From the NCBI RefSeq assembly GCF_009914755.1, contig NC_060925.1: 64,000 nucleotides of DNA. One strand, 5' to 3'. The position numbers and the translations under genes are program-made. Below the pieces are notes generated by a model that made no database searches, was not told the origin of the DNA, and saw only the letters and a list, made by a program, of their open reading frames with translations. Position 1 is the stretch's first letter; every line of letters starts with the position of its first letter. Below, piece by piece: positions 51,001 to 64,000 of the stretch. Source of the DNA: the human T2T-CHM13v2.0 reference genome, Homo sapiens.

Positions 51001-51919
51001 GAACACATCGATTTAAATATCCTTTTGTGATTCTTAGGCTATCTGAAATAACATAATTTCTCCTTTTTAGCTAGTTAATATAACTGCAACTTAATTATTC
51101 TGAGTCTCAAGCATACCCTAAGATGAGAAAAAAAAAAAATCTCAGCTGTGACTATGTAATCTCATTACCTTCTAATCAAGACTTTACTGCTATATTTAAG
51201 TTTATTCTCATGGGCCTTATGTACTTGGTTTCAATCTCCCTCATTTTATTCCATGTCTGTCCTCTGTTTATGGTGCTGCTTTAATAAGTTTGGCATGGAT
51301 CACATGCTAAGTGAGTAGATGTTAGCTTCTCTTGCAATAAAAAAAAAACAAAAGGATGGGTAATCATGTGAGATGAATATGTTAATTTGCTTAAAAAATT
51401 ACTTATAATCAAATTACTTGCTTATAAATAACCTTTTTACTATCTATATGTATCCTATAACATCATGTTAAATCTATACAATAAAAAACTTATTAAAAAA
51501 TAAGCTTAGCATGATCTCTGCTGAAGAAGTGGCCCCTTTACAACACATCTTCTTTAGCATGGAAGAATTGGCATCCTAGAAATGAGGGAAGTAGGGCCAG
51601 TATAAGCTACTTTGGTCACAAAAGTGCTGTGTACCTTTTGCCCATCCTCTCATCATTGTCTCTAACTGGCTGATATGCAACTAATGATTTGCCTCTGCAT
51701 TGCAGATCTCTTTGGTGCTGACTGGACATAGTGGGTATATGCCTAAAGCGAATTGGCAGTCCCTTTGTTCTGCCACTGGTGAAGAAAACCCATATCCCAT
51801 CTCCTGATGCCTGGCAAGGCAAATAATCCATTTCACACAGTGATCCGGGAAGAAGTGATTGGCGGGTTCTTAAACATCTTTAGGGTTTATCAGATTTCAC
51901 TGCAATCTACCACATAGGG

Positions 51920-56333
<4,414 letters not shown>

Positions 56334-56493
56334 TACTGCATCGGTTAATTCTACTTCCTGACAACTGCAATTTTATTTTTATTCTACAAGTATCAGAGAC
56401 ATAATAATGGATAACTCTAACAGGGTCCTTGCTTTCATGGAGCTTATAGCCTAGTGTCAGGGTTACTATAATCACAAATTTAGTTAAACTTAC

Positions 56494-56529
56494 AGTTTCA
56501 CCTCTAAAGCCCTTTTCACCTCTGGGTCC
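56494..56529 (-). CDS. COL24A1: COL24A1 triple-helical exon, 36 nt (GPRGEKGFRGET)
   Basis: Long polypyrimidine tract, ttttag|GGA...ACT|gtaagt; four Gly-X-Y triplets. Confidence 0.95.
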
Positions 56530-57752
56530 CTAAAAGAAAAAAAAAAGATGTTAGTTCATTGTTATTGATAGTTACGTATTAAATGTAGCTGAGGTCATTA
56601 TATGTAGAAACATGACAATTTATATTTTTGCTTTTTCTATATAGTAAGACCTGTTTTGTTAAATTGTATAAGTTCTAGTGTTCTTTTCCTAAATAAAGCA
56701 AAGCAAACAAAAAACCCTTAGTGATTCATGTTGTCTGCTTTGCTGTTCCTAGTTCTAACCTTAAGGTGAGACTGAGATAACTACTTATTCATTCAATTAA
56801 GTCAAAACAGCTTATCTGACAATCATATACAAAGCAATTTAAAAAGGAAATTCTAAATTCAGGTTAAATTCTTCTAATAATTGTTTTTCTTAACTTTTGA
56901 AAACCCTGTTTCTGGGATGGTTTCCCTTCTCTTTCTTGCAAATTTTAATATGTTGTATATGTTTCCGTGCAGTTCAAAATATTTTCTAATTTTCTTGGAG
57001 ACTTGCTCTTTGATCCATGGATTATTTAGAAGTGTGTGATTTAATTTTCAAGTGTTTGGAGATTTTCCTATTATCTTTCTGTTATTGATTTCTAGTTTAA
57101 TTCCATTGGCAAGAGAATATACCTTCTATGACCTCAGTTCTTTTACATTTAGTAAAATTTGTTTTATGGCCCATAACATCTTCTATTTTGGTGAACGTTC
57201 CATATGCACTTGAAACGAATGTAGTTTGCCATTGCTGGGTGGACCTACTGCTTTTAAAATGTGTTAATATTTTCCTGTTCATCCTTTTGAAAATTTTATA
57301 TGTATATATATGTAAAAAATGAGATAATACTATTCATCTTTTCTGTAACCTGAATTTACACCTTCATAAATATAATATGAATGCTCTTCCATGTCAATAT
57401 ACATTCTTTTAGATAATTAAAATATTTAATAATCTTACCTAGTATTTAATATACTATGATAATATTTTAAATTTGCTATTATTAGACTTTTTGCTAATTT
57501 TTGTCATTGTTAGCAGTGTTGTGAGAGATACCCTTACAGTCTAAAATTTTTGTTAAAGACTGTCTTCCAGAAAGTTAGTTTGAAATTACATACACACCTG
57601 CAAAAATGGAAGTGTACATTTCTTCTGATCTATGTCATGTTCTTTGTTAATTTGCAAGCTAAGAATACTATCTTATCATTTATTCACCATTTATATTACT
57701 TCTGTGTTTCTCATCTTGTCTCAATTCATTTTAAACCAGGGTATTAACTTAA

Positions 57753-58071
<319 letters not shown>

Positions 58072-58846
58072 CTGATTTTTAAGATATCTACACAGCACTT
58101 TAAAAAAATATATACACCCTTTTCCACACCCTACCCAGTATTAACAACCTGGTATGTATGTTTTCATACCTTTTTCTAATCAAATATTGACAAATACATT
58201 TATGTATGTATGAGAAATATTGCTGTTTTAAAATATTGGAATCATATTATATACTCTTCTATGCATCGCACTTAACAATACATCATGAAATAACTGAGTC
58301 AGCCAAACTAGATATAATAAATTCTTTTAAACAATTGCATAATATTCCATGAAATGGCTAACCTATAACTTACTCAATCATTCCTTTAGAAATGAGTATT
58401 CACGTAATTTCAATTTTTTTTCCAATAAAAGTAGTATTACAAAAAAAAGTCTTTGCAAAATTTCATTAGTGTATTGGGTGCTTTTATACCTATGGGATAA
58501 ATTCCTCCAAGTGGAACTGTTTTGTTAAAGAATATGTACCTATATTTAACAAATCTTTCCATAAAGTCTGTAATTCACATTTTTACCAGTGATCAATGAG
58601 AGTACTGTTTTCTCCTATATTCCCTTCTGAGAAGTTAAATGTAATATCTTATTTTACTTTAATTTGCATTTCTCTGACTTAAATTTAGGTGAGTGTCTTT
58701 TTATTATAAAACAATAGTTGAACTTTTGGATTTGTTCTTTTTTTCTCCGCTGGCTACTTTTTTGATGGAATGCTTTTCATTTTTCTATTGAACTTTCTTT
58801 TTCAAACTATAAGAGCTCTTGGTATATGTGTGTATATGTCTCTATC

Positions 58847-58904
<58 letters not shown>
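58847..58904. repeat. (TCTA)n / GATA tetranucleotide STR, about 14 units
   Basis: Perfect tandem run with degenerate flanks. Confidence 0.95.
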
Positions 58905-58954
58905 ATCTATCTCTAGATACATACACGTATCCATAGCAACAGATAGGTAGATAA

Positions 58955-59236
58955 TTTTTTATTTTTAAATTTTTTTTGCCCAGGCTGGAGTGCAGTGGCA
59001 TGATCATGGCTCCCTATAGCCTCAACTTCCTCAGATCAAGTGGTCTTCCCACCTCAGCCTCTTGAGTAGCTGGGACTACAGGCATCTGCCACTACGCCAG
59101 GCTCATTTTAAATTTTTTTGTAGAGATGGGATCTCACTATATTGCCAAGGCTGGTCTAAACTTCTGTGCTCAAGCAATCTTCCAGCCTCAGCCTCCCAAA
59201 GTGCTGGTAATACAGGCGTGAACTACTGTTCCCAAC
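58955..59236 (-). mobile_element. Alu (AluJ)
   Basis: Diverged dimer. Confidence 0.85.
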
Positions 59237-59428
59237 TGAGCTCTTTGTATATTAACCTGTTATATATTGTATGCTTTGTAAATATTTTTCCCAATCAATA
59301 GTACTTTTAAACTTTATTCATGGAATCTTTTTTCCATACAAAATGAAAAAAAAATTTCAAGTATTCAAATATACTTTCTGTTCTTTTACAGGTCTCCCCA
59401 ATCCTTAAGCTACATGTTAGTTTTCTAG

Positions 59429-59773
<345 letters not shown>

Positions 59774-59829
59774 TAAAGTCGTTAAAAGTTCATCTAGGAG
59801 TAAAATACTTTTGGCAAATGGGGTTCCAA

Positions 59830-60057
59830 TTTTTCTTTCTTCTTTTTTCCTTTTTTAAAGAGATGGGGTCTCACTCTGTTTGCGCAGGCTGGAGTGCAGT
59901 GGGTGCAGTCAACTCACTGTAGCCTGGAACTCCTGGGCTCAAGCAATCCTCCCATCTTAGCCTCCCAAGTAGCTAGGGCTTATAGGCATGTACCACCACA
60001 CACAGCTAATTTATTTTTATATGATGGGGGTCTCACTATGTTGCCCAGGCTGTGTTC
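59830..60057 (-). mobile_element. Truncated AluJ
   Basis: Right arm plus part of the left arm. Confidence 0.8.
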
Positions 60058-62055
60058 CAATTTCTTATAGCAGGAGGATACTCAAAGTAATTCCATCTCT
60101 CTTCCCTGTCACTGACGTAGGAGTGAACATCTGGCTGAATGCTAGACAATTAGATATGAAAAAAATGTAATCGGAGACTTCTAAAAAATTCTTATTTTTG
60201 CCACAATAGTACTTTATGTCATTTTTTTTTTCCTTTGGATAATTATATCTGGATGTAGTTCTTGAGAAGTTGTAGTCATCTTGCTATAAGCCTAATTATG
60301 AAGCCAATATTCAGGTTATTAGAGTAGAGACATAGAGATATAAGAGATACATAAGAACCTGGTCTTGGATGAGATAATTGAGTCGCCAAATTAACCAAAT
60401 CTGAAGGCTTTCCTATAATGTGATACAAATTTTCTTATTGCTAAAAGTACTTTGGTTCAGGGTTCCTATTATTTGCAGCCAAACCTTCCTCAATTATATG
60501 CCATTTTTGTTGTAAGTAAATTCCTATATATACTTAAGATCAAATTCTGGGCTCTAGTCTGTTACACCGATCTGTTTATTTCTTTGTATTACCATATAGT
60601 TTCATTTACAAATTTCCAAGCCTGTCACCCCTCACTGGTATTTTTTTTCCCAATGCTTTCACCAATCTGAAATGCTTATTCTTTCATAATGAACTTTTCT
60701 TCTCAGAATGGAAAAAATTGAATATGGAAAAATTGATGTACATGCTGAATATTATAAGGGTCTTTAAGAACTATCTATAAACAAAACACAGTAAGATATT
60801 TTAATTAAGTAATTTTAAAATTACATTTTCCTTGACCAATTAATACATCATATTTTTGACAGAGGAGAAAAATCATTCTGTAATCAGAACAGTATGTGTC
60901 CCTTAGCTTGCTGAAGAACCACTCACTGAAATATGAGAATTCTCCCACTTACAATCTTATATAGCTCCGAGTGGCAAATGTTGAAAGTCTACAGAAATAC
61001 TGAGTTATACATTTTACTTCTTTTGTTTACATATCCAGTAACTTTGGTGGTTTCTTCTCTAAATTTATCAAAGAGAATAGTGGTACTAAACACTTGAAGC
61101 ATTCTATTTTTATATTTTTTAATTGTCTGTGTCTATAAATAACTTTCAAATAATTCAAAATATTAATTCCCTAGATAGAATGAATCTTTCCTCTCTAAGT
61201 CTCAATTTGACCCTTTCTACTGTGCTCCTTGCTTGTTTATACTATTATCAATATTGGAAAACTTTCCCAACATCACTTGACCAATCATTGTCTCATTTTT
61301 ATGTTTTATTTCATAGCCAAATTTCTTAAAGCACTGGCATATAATACCTCAATTTCCTCTCCAGACACAGCTTGAATGGAGTGGAAAGAGCGCTGGTCTT
61401 GAAGAAACACCAGCTATGTAATCCACGAGGTCTATCACCTTGAATGACTAGATGAACCTCCATAAACCTCATCTGTCTCCTCATCTGTTAAATGAAAATA
61501 ATATCTACTGCAAAAGTTTGTTGTAAGAATTTAAGGAACATTATTATTAAACATTTTCCCCTACTTCCTTCATCACTGTAACCTGTACTGTATCTTCTAC
61601 TGCAATTTATTCTCTCAAAGATTACTGTTGACTACTCCTTTCTTGAAACACTTGCTATTCTCTCGAACGATTCTTTCCTTCCTTTATAGTGGGTACTTCC
61701 AAAAACTCAAATGTTGGATGTCTGCACATCTTTTGCTATCTATGTTCTTTCCTTCAGAAGAAGAATTTATTTTTATTGCTCAGGAGTTCATCTCTATGTT
61801 TATAACACTCTCCCCTTCCTGACTCAGTTCTATTTTCTTTTCTCAACTCCAATTATAAACACTTACCTACTTAGTTACACTGTCTTCATTACACATATGG
61901 TCCCTAACTTCTCAGGAATCATTTTCCAGAAGAAAATGTATATCTATTTTTTCCATTTTCTTCTCAAATACCCAGGCTAATTCTTTGTAGAATATTCTAG
62001 ACATAGAATTAAAGAAAAAAAAGAGTACAAAAGACTTGTATTATGATAAACTTAC

Positions 62056-62109
62056 AGTTCTACCTGTTGGGCCTATTATACCTTCTCTGCCAAGGGGACC
62101 AGTGTTTCC
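62056..62109 (-). CDS. COL24A1: COL24A1 triple-helical exon, 54 nt (GNTGPLGREGIIGPTGRT)
   Basis: Minus strand reads caacag|GGA...ACT|gtaagt; six Gly-X-Y triplets; classic 54-nt collagen exon, phase 0/0. Confidence 0.95.
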
Positions 62110-62911
62110 CTGTTGAGGTAAAAGAAAAACAGTCTCACTGTTAGTATAATTAAAAAAAAAAAAACTCCACAGAATCTCTTGTACAATGGTAAAAGAGCCA
62201 TGTCTACATAATTATCCTTTTTAGTATAAAAGCTTACAGTATTAGCATAAATTACAATAATCTTGGTTAACAGTATGTGACACAATTCTGCATATTATTA
62301 AAGTCTCTTATCAGGAGAGTTGCATCTGTATAATTTCTAAAAAACTGATGAATTAGCATTATGATTTTTATGTGGTGATAACTTCAAAGATGCATTTTAC
62401 ATGTATGTTATATAACAAATAAAACTACTTTATATAAAAAAGAATAGAATGATGAACTAGGTTTTGAATAAATTTCTGTGCAGATGTTGAAAAAGTAGAT
62501 GTTTGGGTAACATGAAGCATGAAATAGAGAAAAAGTACAGTAAGGAACCAGAGAACAGCATATGTGACCAACTAAACTTCAGTTCTTCATCTGTAAAACA
62601 GGAATAAGAACATCTACTTCATAGGGCCATTGTGAGAATTAAATATGAAAAGTGCTTTTAAAACTTTAAGCTATTATTTGGTTATGAAGATAACCTTGAA
62701 TAAGCTGGATTTCTGGTCAATTCCTCCCAAAGTAGGAAGAGAGTCTATAATTTCTCAGTGAATACAAAATGCCCATTTTAGTTTTTTCCTACAAACTTCA
62801 GCTTCCGTGGTTCTTCAGAAATCATGAAAATAACTAATATATTTATAGCTGAAGAAATATTCAGAAAGGTCTTTAAACAATTACCATGATAATACTCCTC
62901 TTTGCATTATT

Positions 62912-63222
<311 letters not shown>

Positions 63223-63234
63223 CCTTTTTGCATT

Positions 63235-63444
63235 TTTTAAAATTATACTTTAAGTTTTAGGGTACATGTGCACAACGTGCAGGTTAGTTACATAAGTATG
63301 ATAGACTGGATGAAGAAAATGTGGCACATATACACCATGGAATACTATGCAGCCATAAAAGATGATGAGTTTATGTCCTTTGTAGGGACATGGATGAAGC
63401 TGGAAACCATCATTCTCAGCAAACTATTGCAAGGACAAAAAACC
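63235..63444 (-). mobile_element. Tiny L1PA3/4-like insertion with 5' inversion
   Basis: About 65 bp of L1 3' terminus joined to about 147 bp of inverted ORF2 end; 12-bp TSD cctttttgcatt at 63223-63234 and 63443-63454. Confidence 0.88.
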
Positions 63445-64000
63445 TTTTTGCATTATTGACAACAATTTATTGTAAGAGTTAGGAAAGCGGTATAGGATTT
63501 TAGAAGTTTGACTTTCATTTAATAGTTATTTAAGATACCTTTATCCTACATCTGAACTGCTTCCCTTTTTCCTCTCTCTGCTCTTTCAACACTTGCCCCT
63601 GCAGCTGCTATTAGTCATAGAGATGCTACTACCACAGCCAAACCATTACTTGAAGTTTTAAATTTTTTTTCAGCTTTTTTTCAGTTTTATAGAACATCTC
63701 ATCAATTAGAAAGCTTTGATTAATAAAAACTAAAAACAAAACAAAAAACTAAAAACAATAATCAGTAAGCACTGGTGGCTTATTTGTCCTATTTATATTC
63801 TCTACAATTTGCAATTACAAGCACTCATTGCTAATTGGAGTTCTTCAGACCCTGCTTTTTGCAACTATTTAAGCGGTTCCTCATCACTCTCTTGGGATAC
63901 CTGCCCCTGAGCTGGGAAAACACAGCTATTGGGAAATATTTTCAGTCTGGTCTGAAGAGCTCTGGTCATACACAAGCTTCTTCCAGGTGGTGCATGGAGG

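Overview
Human (primate) genomic DNA, AT-rich and dense in repeats. The window holds the 3' end of COL24A1 (collagen XXIV alpha 1) on the minus strand. Nine coding exons (54, 36, 36, 27, 66, 169, 110, 216 and 147 nt, all with GT-AG boundaries) splice into one 861-nt frame: the last Gly-X-Y triplets plus the complete 8-cysteine C-propeptide, followed by a ~1.3 kb 3' UTR ending at a poly(A) signal near 10100. Bases 1-10080 are repeat-filled flank. A full-length pre-Ta L1HS (29380-35425) lies antisense in the intron that separates the triple helix from the C-propeptide. It has a 15-bp TSD, intact ORF1 and ORF0, and an ORF2 broken by a single 1-bp deletion; its antisense promoter points at the C-propeptide exons. 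Also present: an older L1PA carrying a nested twin-primed L1PA2, a tiny twin-primed L1, about 28 Alus, old L1M/L2/MIR, hAT-type DNA transposon fossils and STRs. The most interesting observations are: (1) a possible L1 gene-breaking / ORF0-collagen fusion configuration; (2) a candidate intronic polyadenylation isoform with a hydrophobic tail; (3) an Alu-core patch inside a MER63 element; (4) a triplicated/inverted AT-rich motif forming a hairpin; (5) repeated reuse of retrotransposon target sites. Repeat subfamily names come from recalled consensus sequences and old-repeat boundaries are approximate. No wholly new gene system is evident.
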